Part shown: positions 47,468-57,380 of the stretch, one piece after another
How positions within the stretch are numbered: the stretch's first letter is position 1
How the letters are laid out: each line of letters starts with the position of its first letter
Source: an uncultured Chlamydiae bacterium
Lineage (GTDB): Bacteria; Chlamydiota; Chlamydiia; Chlamydiales; Parachlamydiaceae
DNA: 64,000 nucleotides
Reading direction: 5' to 3'
Assembly (NCBI GenBank): GCA_963830365.1
Contig: CAWHMU010000045.1
Span: forward strand, 64,001-128,000
The notes under the pieces: model-generated
Database searches by the model: none
What the model was told of the DNA's origin: nothing
The model's input: the letters and a program-made list of their open reading frames with translations, nothing else
Made by a program: the position numbers and the translations under genes

Positions 47468-50438
47468 TTAAGCCCACATTTTAGCATCAAATGTTTCGGC
47501 TACATGGATAAATTCTTCTAGTGGTATGCCATTCACTGTTTGCTTGCCATTGACGATTTTGACAAGAGCCTGCTTTCCAACTTTTTCCAAGTCAGAGGAT
47601 GCTTTTATAATTTGGTCGACTAGCATTTTTTTATTTTCCTCTGATTGGCAAACCACCCCTTTGATAAGATCCGGGGTAATCCTACTATTCACCATGACCT
47701 CGTTAGCGCAAGAATCAGCATTTTTGGCAAAATCAATCAGGTTGCTTCTATTTTTGTAGTAGTAATCGCTTTTAGCACCAAACTTGTCATCATTATATGC
47801 ATAAGCTCCTTGATTGACAGCGTCAAGGTTAAAAAGAATTTGGAAGGGACCACTCATCGGTATTTGGTACATTGTTTCATTTTCTTTAGTCTGCGCATTA
47901 ACGAGGCGTGTGAATACAGAGCCGCTCCCGCCAGCCCTAAAGTCTGATTCACACGAGGCACCTTTTCTGAAAAGGCCGGCTTTAAAACGGTCTTGCGAAG
48001 ATAAAGAGCCGGTTATCAGCCTGGCAATTACACTTGCGGCAGCATCCGCAGCTTTGGTGTCTCTTGATGACGACCCCATACCGATCATGAGTCCGATCGC
48101 GCCATTAGCTCTCATTTGTTTGCTGATGTCATTTAGACAAACAACCTCCTTGCCGGAATAAATGGCCCTGGTTGTGAGCTCCTCAGGATGGTCTTTGTAG
48201 TAGTGATCAAATTTCGCTTGCATTTCCGGTTGCACGCCTGTGATCCACTTTTTTAATGCATTGATAGGAAGTTCATAAAAGGCCTTCGTTCTTTCCATCG
48301 CAAAGGCATCGCCTGGAAAATACGTTCTGAAGATTTGGGCTATTTCCATCCTTTCCTTATCTGCCGCCCGCTTGGCATTGAAGATGGGCCCCACTCCTAA
48401 TACGGCCAGCACGGCATGCGCCATTTGCAACTCTTCCCCCTTAACCTGGCCGTGGGGAATAATCACATTGACCTCATCGTACAGGCATTTGTATAGATCC
48501 TCCGATCTGCCAATGATCACCTTGGCCCCATTTTGAAATTCAATTTCGCAAGCTTCTGCATTAGGTAGGGCATAACCGGCCTTGTCGGTGAAAGAGTCAT
48601 TTTTATCAGCTTTTCCAAGGAATGTGTCCGGCACAGTGCGCATGCTTTTAACCGCTAATCCCTCTGGCAGAAGTTTTTGAAATACCTCTTTGTTTTCCTC
48701 ATGCTCCAGCAGCGCCAGGTTTTGAGCAAGGTCTTTTCTAGCAAATTCACTCAATTTGAATTGAATGTGATATTTTTTTTCCCCATCGATCAGTCGATCA
48801 TGAATACAGATGACACCGCCTTTTAAAATGCCGGTATCCAGATTGCTGAAATACGCTCCAAAATCTGGATTGTCCTGTGCTTTTTCTCCCTTGGAAACTG
48901 CATCGGCCATATCAAAAAGAAGTGTGCCAGCTGGGGGCAAAGTATTTTGTGCTGCTCTAATACTTAATTCAAATACCTGCTCTGCATCTAAGCTGCCTGA
49001 TGTGATTGCCTGATGATAAAGCTCATGTAAGTCGGTCAGCAGCAGACTTGGATCTTGGGCATTAGCGATCTCTTTGAGCAGAATTTCTTCTCTTTGTGCA
49101 ACCTCTTTTAGCATTTGTTCAACCTGCTCAATTCTCCTTTGTGAAAGAATTTTAATGATCTCTTGGTCTTTTGCCAGCATAGGTGCGGTGATGTCGCGAG
49201 AACTTTTAGCATCTATTTTGGCGCCAGCCTTTATAAGAATTTCAACAATCTGGCTACTGCCTTTTTCCACCGCATTCATAAGCGGCGTACGGCCATCTGC
49301 ACCAGGCCTGTTCACATCAGCGCCTTTAGCTATCAATGCCTCGACCGCCTCATCGTTGCCATTACAAGCTGCCCAATTAAGCGCCGTGACACCGTTATAG
49401 CCTTGGCTGTCAATGTCGATGCCAGCTGGGAGATCTTTGATCGCTTGCCAGTCAGCACTTTTAATAGCAGCTAGAACGATCGCAACGGATAGATCTTTAA
49501 TTATACTAGCATCGCGCTTTGCTTCTGCCAACCCAAAAGCTTTGCCAAGGCCTTCATTGGCCCCTTTCTCAAGAAGAATGCCAACGACCTTTGGATGACC
49601 GTTCTCAGCTGCCAAAGAAAGAGCTGTATCACCGCTGGCTGTTTTGCTGTTGATGTCGACGCTAGAGGGGAGATTTTCGATGGCTCTGATGATAACCCTT
49701 TTGAGCTGCCTCAAGAAGGGTCGCTTTATCCTCTATGGGAAATAGAAGTTTAATGATCTCATCGTACTTAGCGGGACGTTTACTGTCCTTACTGTATCCA
49801 GCCATTTTATCGGATCCACCATTTTCAGCCTCCTGAAGAGCCTTCGGCATATCTACTTTGGCGTTAACCTTTAAAAGAAGTTCCACGATCTTGACACGGC
49901 CTTTTTTTATCGCATTCATAAGCGGCGTGAGGCCATTTGCAGCGGGCTTGTTCACATCAGCGCCTTTAGCTATCAATGCCTTGACGGCATTATAGTCGCC
50001 ATCAGAAGCAGCCTTAGTAAGCGCCGTGTAGCCGCCATAGCCGCCATAGTAAGAGCATTGGCTGTCGATATCGATGGCAGCCGGGAGATGTTTAAACTCT
50101 TCACCGGTGCCGGTTGGGGGATTACTTTTAAACTCATTTTCGGCTGGCTTTGAGTTGGCAAGGATAGAGGCCTTCTTGACCGGGTCACTGGCAGATGCAG
50201 GTTTGCCTGCGAAAGTAGCTCCAGAGAATTCGTCTATTTTTTTAACGCTGCTATTGAAGGAGGCATCATCTACCTTATCCTTTGGCTTCCTACATAAACC
50301 CAGGAAAAAAGTTACCGTCTTACCGCACCAACCAGCTTTTGTTTCAGAGGGTTTTCCTACGCTTGCAGAGGGTAGCTGGTTGTCGGCAGATGAATTGTTG
50401 TTATAAGGCTCCGGAGCCCCTTTGGGAATTGATGGCAT
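47468..50438 (-). pseudogene. Ankyrin-repeat effector-like protein with putative C-terminal ADP-ribosyltransferase-like domain; split by one extra base near 49685 (ORFs 49662-50438 and 47468-49714)
   Basis: Ankyrin motifs G.TAL..AA..G....V..L...GADVN and G.TPLM.A in both ORFs; the repeat pattern is restored by joining GYHQ to AIENLP. Confidence 0.8.
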
Positions 50439-50638
50439 AAAAGCCTCATCATAAAAACATTAATGCAACACCGGCAACAATCAAAAACACCAACACATAA
50501 ATCTATAATTAAAATTATAACACATAAACATATAATTAAGATTATAAAATGAATATTATTTTTTTGCATACACAATATTTTTATACTCAACTAAGTATTT
50601 GCAATTTGTTATAGAAGTGCATTAAAAACAGGTTACGA

Positions 50639-51047
50639 CCATGCCTATACGCTTGACACCCAAATTTGACTGATTGCGAGGGGCTCTCAACTGAGTTTTG
50701 CTCCTTGGCAATAGCTAGCGCAATGACTTCATCACAACGGGTGGCGTTCATTTGTTTGTCAAAATTTAAGAACTAAAACAACAGGATATTAGGATGGACA
50801 GGATAAATCAGCCATCCTGTCCATCCTAATATCCTGTTGTTATTTTTAACGAAAATCATTACGGCATAAGGTTAACAGAGCCCGATCCGCCAGTGTCCTA
50901 GCTGTATTTTAGATTCCGGCCAAGGCGAATATTCTCGTCTACCTGTGACCGAAAGTTTTCCCTGTAAGGGTGAACGTAGCCTCACAAAGCTCAACACTTA
51001 ACCCCTCTCGTGCACTCAAATTTTGGGTGTCACGCGTATAGGCATGG
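50639..51047. repeat. MITE-like element: ~30-bp terminal IRs and an internal 28-bp perfect hairpin
   Basis: CCATGCCTATACGC.TGACACCCAAA at both ends in inverted orientation; AACAACAGGATATTAGGATGGACAGGAT stem at ~50777-50841. Confidence 0.85.
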
Positions 51048-51162
51048 AAAAAAGCAGATAGAAAACAAAAGCTCACACGCTAAAACAAAAAAAAGAAGTA
51101 TTGACCGGGTAATGCTTATTTAATACACTCAACACTTTTTACCGCGAACCAATTGATTATAC

Positions 51163-54036
51163 ATGTCGTCCCATCTTACTGCTGATATTAGTTGCACAAC
51201 ATTTCGCCCTTGGGGCGCGCCCGGCCCTGTTACGCCCATTTCAAATCCAGGCAGAGCATCCGCGGCCGACTGCCAAGAACGGAAATCGCCTGATTCAGAT
51301 GCCGAAAACAGAGATACCACACTCTCAAGCCTAGGCCAAAAAGCCATTAGCACAAGCGCTGGTGAAACACACGCGCTGGTAACTGGCAGCCTGGCCACCA
51401 GGCGACTCTTAGCCCCCATCTCCGCCAATGCCCAGCCCTCCACACGTCTGTCTGAAGCAGATTGCCAAAAGATGGACATTGCCGAACTTGCCAGCTATCT
51501 ATGCGACCACCTTACAATTGGAGGGGATCATCAGCGCAAAAGCAATAAAGAAATAATAGTTCAAGAGCTGCTTGCCCCTCTTAAAAGTGCTCCCGACGAA
51601 ATGAGAGACGCGGCAGAGCAAATTTGCAAACAAGGCCTGTTCAAAATCCTGAAATGGATGGAACAACGGCAGGCGGCTGACAAGGCTAGCGGAGTTAATG
51701 TAGTATCAAGGATTTCACCCGCCTACATTGCTGAAATGGATTTCTATTATTTTGCAACACAGGTCCATTACAATCTACGCGCTGAATACACAGCAAATAT
51801 TAATGCAAAGCTACTGCAGGTTTTGACTGGAAAAGACGACAATCCGGACGCTACGTCAGGTGCTTTTGATGAGTATCTAGTAAAGTTAAGACCTTTGTCT
51901 TATGCCTTCGAGGTGTTTCAATATATACAAAAGCTCTCAGAAATGCCTCATGATGATCCATACCGATCAATAATGAAAATCAGGTCCTACAAAGAGACCG
52001 TAGACCACACTTTTTTTTCAGCACAGGCAGGTTTGATCGAAAAACAAAATAAGGACAACATCGCGCTGAGTGAGTTTTTGAATATTTCTCCTGAGTTAAC
52101 AGGCCATCTGGAAAGTCTATATAGCCAATTCATCTCTCATGAATTAAGCGACGCGCCTGATTTGCAAAAGGCCGCATTAAGCTTCTGCAAGCTTGTCTAC
52201 GATAAAATTCGCACAAATGTGGCAAGAAGATTGTACGCATACACACAGAAGATAATGGCTGCGGGAGCCAAGATTGGCGGGATAGAAAATTTAGAGAAAT
52301 TCTATTTCTATGCCTATGCCACCATGAGCTGGCAAGACATCATCTCAAAAAAAATGGAAGACTGCATCACTGAAATAAAGCAAGCCATTGTAGACGGGAT
52401 AGAATATAAGCGCATAATTGCCATGCGATATAGATTTAACAAAAACAATGTTTTATTAGCTTTGAAAGGAGTTTTCGATAATTTTAATACGACTAACAAC
52501 ATCTACCAAACAGAAAATCATTTCCAGCATGACCCGGAAGCTAAAGCTGTGTTCAATGAATGCAACCTGTTAGACAAACGGTTAATAGAAATAGAGCATG
52601 ATTTTACGAAACAAAAACTGGATATCCTGTCCTTGAAGCTGGAACAGCTAAGCAGTAACCGCCAAAGGGCTTGGGCGTGTGCTGCGGATATACTTGCGCG
52701 GGTTGATACACTGAATCTGCACGACGACCACCCACTCTTTCTGAAAGCTCTTGAAGTGATGACCGTGGCCACCATGGATGACACTCACCCAAACAACCCA
52801 TATAAGTTGCACAAGAACCTGCTGGCCTCCCTGGCGGACGAACGGAAAAATGGGCTGCTTTCCACTGTCACCACCCCTTTTGCCAAAATCACTGGCAAAC
52901 GTGAAGACGGCAGCATCGTTTTCGACTTGCATAAGTTCCGCACAGCTATGCAACAAGCAGCATATACGGTGGCTGACCTGTCAGCCGAATTTGATGCCAA
53001 CAGCTTTGAAAAACAATTTTATGCCTTAGAGCAGCGCCTGAAAAAACTGCATGATGAAGGCAAAGGGACTCTGCTAGCACACCTTGAAGCTGCCATACAA
53101 CATATTTCCCTATCCAACCTTACCGACCTCAAGTCCTCCGTCGCCAATTCACTCATCCCCTCTTTGCTTGCAGCAAGACAGACTCCTGCCGGCAAGCCGA
53201 TCGATCCCACCGCCTTCCGCTTGGATGTTTGGCTGCAGGCGCTGCATAGCCTTTCCGATGTTCCCGAAAATGAGGGAGCCTTATCAAAACGCGAAAGAAA
53301 ATTTCTGACTTTATGCAGCTCCATGAGAGTTTGCCCTGTAGGACAACGCGATGCCATTCATCTTGCCTACAGCAATCTTGATGAGAACCTACGCCATCGC
53401 AAACAAACACCTGTTGCAGCGCTATCAATGGCAGAAGAAGCAAAGCTGGATGGCGAGAGCCCCGCTGCGCCAGCTAGAAGATTGACAGGGGCAGAAAAAA
53501 TACTGCGATGCCTTAACACGGCTGTGCCATCGCTCGCAAGTCTAGTCGATGAGCTGTTGATGCATGAAGAGGTGTTACAAGAGCTAGCTGGCGGCAGCTT
53601 TTCCCAAACGTCGCACCAGACGCAGTTCATTCGCAACCGATATCAGCAACAACTGGCCCTTAAAGATAAACCGAAGTTCGATCTGCATACAGAAGCATTG
53701 CCGGTTGGACTGATCACAACCCCTCCTAAAGAAGCTTTAGCAGTGATACTCACGCATATTGCTAAAGCCATGGTGGAACGCCTCAAACCAGCCCTTGCTG
53801 AAGCCATGAATTCTCAGATAAAATCTGAGGCAATTACTCAACAGCATCTGGTCGAATATTTTGAAGATCTTTTTCCCCAAGACCAGATCGAGAATGACGA
53901 GTGGGTCAAAAAATATATGGCATATGATGCTAATGACTCATTCCAAGGTTTGACCGATCTGGGATGGCTAGCCCTGACGGGATTTGTCCAGGTGACATCA
54001 TCTAAAGCAACTAGGGCGGAAGAATCTAAAAACTAG
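51163..54036 (+). CDS. 957-aa hypothetical, effector-like helical protein
   Basis: Long uninterrupted ORF; Ser/Pro/Thr-rich N-terminus; no family recognised. Confidence 0.8.
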   Translation: MSSHLTADISCTTFRPWGAPGPVTPISNPGRASAADCQERKSPDSDAENRDTTLSSLGQKAISTSAGETHALVTGSLATRRLLAPISANAQPSTRLSEADCQKMDIAELASYLCDHLTIGGDHQRKSNKEIIVQELLAPLKSAPDEMRDAAEQICKQGLFKILKWMEQRQAADKASGVNVVSRISPAYIAEMDFYYFATQVHYNLRAEYTANINAKLLQVLTGKDDNPDATSGAFDEYLVKLRPLSYAFEVFQYIQKLSEMPHDDPYRSIMKIRSYKETVDHTFFSAQAGLIEKQNKDNIALSEFLNISPELTGHLESLYSQFISHELSDAPDLQKAALSFCKLVYDKIRTNVARRLYAYTQKIMAAGAKIGGIENLEKFYFYAYATMSWQDIISKKMEDCITEIKQAIVDGIEYKRIIAMRYRFNKNNVLLALKGVFDNFNTTNNIYQTENHFQHDPEAKAVFNECNLLDKRLIEIEHDFTKQKLDILSLKLEQLSSNRQRAWACAADILARVDTLNLHDDHPLFLKALEVMTVATMDDTHPNNPYKLHKNLLASLADERKNGLLSTVTTPFAKITGKREDGSIVFDLHKFRTAMQQAAYTVADLSAEFDANSFEKQFYALEQRLKKLHDEGKGTLLAHLEAAIQHISLSNLTDLKSSVANSLIPSLLAARQTPAGKPIDPTAFRLDVWLQALHSLSDVPENEGALSKRERKFLTLCSSMRVCPVGQRDAIHLAYSNLDENLRHRKQTPVAALSMAEEAKLDGESPAAPARRLTGAEKILRCLNTAVPSLASLVDELLMHEEVLQELAGGSFSQTSHQTQFIRNRYQQQLALKDKPKFDLHTEALPVGLITTPPKEALAVILTHIAKAMVERLKPALAEAMNSQIKSEAITQQHLVEYFEDLFPQDQIENDEWVKKYMAYDANDSFQGLTDLGWLALTGFVQVTSSKATRAEESKN

Positions 54037-54126
54037 CTACTTATGTACGGCGGCTCTGCTACATATAAATTTAAAAATAAGAATTGGTTTTGAAAACAAA
54101 ACCGGTTTCATGCACGTTGAAATTTT

Positions 54127-55545
54127 AAAGGATAGGAAAAACAAGCGGTGTTGGGGCCTTTCCCCTAGGGGGAAGGCCTCAACACCGCTTGCCTCAATCA
54201 CCCGTTTTTGAGAAAGCTTTTCTCGTTTCTTGAAAAGTCAGCTCGATTCAGATGTTTTTGGGGACTTTGCAACAAAAATAGGTGGAATTTTGATATTTGA
54301 GACATGCGAGGATTTGCCCACTGCATAACAGTGATTTTTAGCAGAAAGGATTATTCATCCCAATGTGGTTGGTCGATATTCTCGTCCGAGTGCGGCGGAT
54401 CGTTATTGTCCTCCCAATGGGGCGGATCATGACAGTCCTCCCAAGGTGGATCTGGTCCGGTATTACATCGAGCCTGTCCCGCATCCTCAGGGAAGCAGTC
54501 TTTTGTTCCCGGCACCAGCTGACAGATATCCCAATGGTCAAGGTCGTACGGAGGATCAAATTCAGGAGGGTCAAGTAACCAGGTGGTGCCATTCAGAATG
54601 CGACGTATTTCAGCTGAATGTGTGACAAAGGCAATGATGGTAATTTTTTTGCCGCAGGTTGTGCAGGTGAGCGGATCTGTTTCGTAAATGCGCGCGATAA
54701 GCATTGCCCAATTGATCGATACTTTCTTGACCTTGTCCACCGCCTCATGGACACCTTGAGGTTTAAAAACTTCAGGTCTTTCTTGTGCATTGGCGGCTAT
54801 TTTCTTTCTTAGAGGAGAATTGGGAGCAAAAACGCCATGGTAGTGGCGTCTATGGCGATGAGGGTATGGAATGAAAGCGGCAATTTTGTCGAGAAATTCT
54901 AATGGCATCATTTGCACAAAAGTCTGTCCTGTATGGGTCGGTTTTGTAAGGCGATATATTAACCAGGGACCATTCCACCTGAGATTTTCACTCGCGAATG
55001 GCGGCCGCGCGCAATACCGTATCAGGCGCTCTAAGCCATCTCGATCCCATGATTCAATCCGCACGGTGGCATCCAAAGAAAAGCCACTCGTTTCAAACTT
55101 TAGCATTTTTGCTATTGTCTCTTCATCGAACCAACCGCGCCGGCCAAAATATTTTAAAACGCGTTTTTGGATGCAATCTTGGGTATCTCTAACGTCATCC
55201 TGGGTAAGGCAAGCTTCATGGAACTGCAGGGCAGCGTCATTGCCGATGAAGATTCCGTCAGCTACTACAAGATGAAAATGAGGGTGAACATTGAGAGTTT
55301 TGCCAAAGTGTTGGATGAAGCTGATGGCTCCAATTTGAGGATTAGGTGCATCAGGACTGCAAGCAATAAGTCTTTTCCGGATCTCATCGACCACTATCCG
55401 GAGAACATCTTGAAGGATCTTTTGGGTTTGCAAATAATGGCGTATCCTCATGGGGAAACTGATTACAAATTGTCGGACCGGTACACAAGGAATGACATTT
55501 CCTATGAGATGCACGGCAGTTTCAACCATTGAACGGGTGTTACAA
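54127..55545 (-). mobile_element. 5'-truncated IS91-family element (transposase fragment 54351-55529)
   Basis: HPHFH HUH motif, RYCARP; TTCCTATCC oriIS-like end at ~54130; diverged paralog of the adjacent copy. Confidence 0.88.
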
Positions 55546-57380
55546 AAAAGGATAGGAAAAACAAGCGGTGTTGGGGCCTTTCCCCTAGGGGGAAGGCCTC
55601 AACACCGCTTGCCTCAATCACCCGTTTTTGAGAAAGCTTTTCTCGTTTCTTGAAAAGTCAGCTCGATTCAGATGTTTTTGGGGACTTTGCAACAAAAATA
55701 GGTGGAATTTTGATATTTGAGACATGCGAGGATTTGCCCACTGCATAACAGTGATTTTTAGCAGAAAGGATTATTCATCCCAATGTGGTTGGTCGATATT
55801 CTCGTCCGAGTGCGGCGGATCGTTATTGTCCTCCCAATGGGGCGGATCATGACAGTCCACCCAAGGTGGATCTGGTCCGGTATTACATCGAGCCTGTCCC
55901 GCATCCTCAGGGAAGCCGTCTTTTGTTCCCGGCACCAGTTGACAAATATCCCAATGTTCAAGGTCGTACGGGGGATCGAATTCAGGAGGGTCAAGTAACC
56001 AGGTGGTGCCATTCAGAATGCGACGTATTTCAGCTGAATGTGTGACAAAGGCGATGATGGTGATTTTTTTACCGCAGTTTGTGCATTTGAGAGGATCGGT
56101 CTCGTAGATACGCGCGATCAGCATAGCCCAATTGGTCGATACTTTCTGGACGTTGTCCACCGCCTCATGGATTCCTTGAGGTTTAATGGCTTCAGGTCTT
56201 CTTTGTGCATTGGCGGCTATTTTCTTTCTTAAAGGAGAATTGGGGGCAAAAACGCCATGGTAGTGGCGTCGATGGCGACGAGGGTATGGAATAAAAGCGG
56301 CAATTTTGTCTAGAAATTCCAATGGCATCATTTGCACAAAAGTCTGTCCAATGTGGGTCGGTTTCGGAAGACGATAGATCAACCAGGGGCCATTCCACCT
56401 GAGATTTTCACTCGCGAATGGAGGCCGCGCGCAATACCGTATCAGGCGCTCTAAGCCATCTCGATCCCATGATTCAATCCGCACGGTGGCATCCAAAGAA
56501 AAGCCACTCGTTTCAAACTTTAGCATTTTCTCTATTGTCTCTGCATCGAACCAACTACGTCTGCCAAAATACTTTAAAACGCGTTTTTGAATGCAATCTT
56601 GTGTATCTCTAACGTCATCCTGGGTAAGGCAAGCTTCATGGAACTGCAGGGCAGCATCATTGCCAGTAAAGATCCCATCTGCCACTACAAGATGAAAATG
56701 GGGATGGATATTGAGAGTTTTGCCAAAATGCTGGATGAAGCTGACGGCTCCAATGTGAGGATTAGGTGCATCAGGACTGCAAGCGACAAGTCTTTTCCGG
56801 ATCTCATCGACCACTATCCGGAGAACATCTTGAAGGATCTTTTGGGTTAGCAAATAATGGCGTATCCTCATGGGGAAACTGATTACAAATTGTCGGACCG
56901 GTACACAAGGAATGACATTTCCTATGAGATGCGCTGCAGTTTCAACCATTGAACGGGTATTACAAGAGTGGCAAAGGCCTCTCCCTTTGCATGAAAATGC
57001 GATAAGAAAATCCTTATGACAGCCGTCGCAATGGCCATAAGCAAACCCTTTTGCCAAGATGCCACATCCCAGATACTTTTTGAAGGTCTTGTCTACGTAG
57101 TTTGGAACAGGATTTTTAGCGTGCTTGTGCCACGTGGCATAGTGCTTTTTGATGACCTGAAAAAGGACCGTCTTTTCGGGCCTGCGAGGCCTATATACCT
57201 TGGGTAGCTTAGGACAGGTGGGTGTTGAATGTGCCATATGAGAACATATGGATTATTCCTGATTATTCAACAATATAGTATATAGCTTTGTTTTGGTAGG
57301 TAGGGTATAAGCAGGAAGTGGCCTATGTCGGTATCATGGGAGTGACCCAAGGGACCTATGCCGAATCGCGCTATATGTAA
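55546..57380 (-). mobile_element. Full-length IS91-family (rolling-circle, HUH) element
   Basis: oriIS-like TTCCTATCC end at ~55550 with adjacent hairpin; right boundary where host homology resumes at 57381; no terminal IRs or TSD seen. Confidence 0.88.
55771..57237 (-). CDS. IS91-family transposase
   Basis: Zn-binding CGILAKGF..C..C...FSCKGRGLCHSC, HPHFH, RYCARP, YHGVFAPNS, C-terminal CxxC. Confidence 0.95.
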   Translation of the reverse strand: MAHSTPTCPKLPKVYRPRRPEKTVLFQVIKKHYATWHKHAKNPVPNYVDKTFKKYLGCGILAKGFAYGHCDGCHKDFLIAFSCKGRGLCHSCNTRSMVETAAHLIGNVIPCVPVRQFVISFPMRIRHYLLTQKILQDVLRIVVDEIRKRLVACSPDAPNPHIGAVSFIQHFGKTLNIHPHFHLVVADGIFTGNDAALQFHEACLTQDDVRDTQDCIQKRVLKYFGRRSWFDAETIEKMLKFETSGFSLDATVRIESWDRDGLERLIRYCARPPFASENLRWNGPWLIYRLPKPTHIGQTFVQMMPLEFLDKIAAFIPYPRRHRRHYHGVFAPNSPLRKKIAANAQRRPEAIKPQGIHEAVDNVQKVSTNWAMLIARIYETDPLKCTNCGKKITIIAFVTHSAEIRRILNGTTWLLDPPEFDPPYDLEHWDICQLVPGTKDGFPEDAGQARCNTGPDPPWVDCHDPPHWEDNNDPPHSDENIDQPHWDE

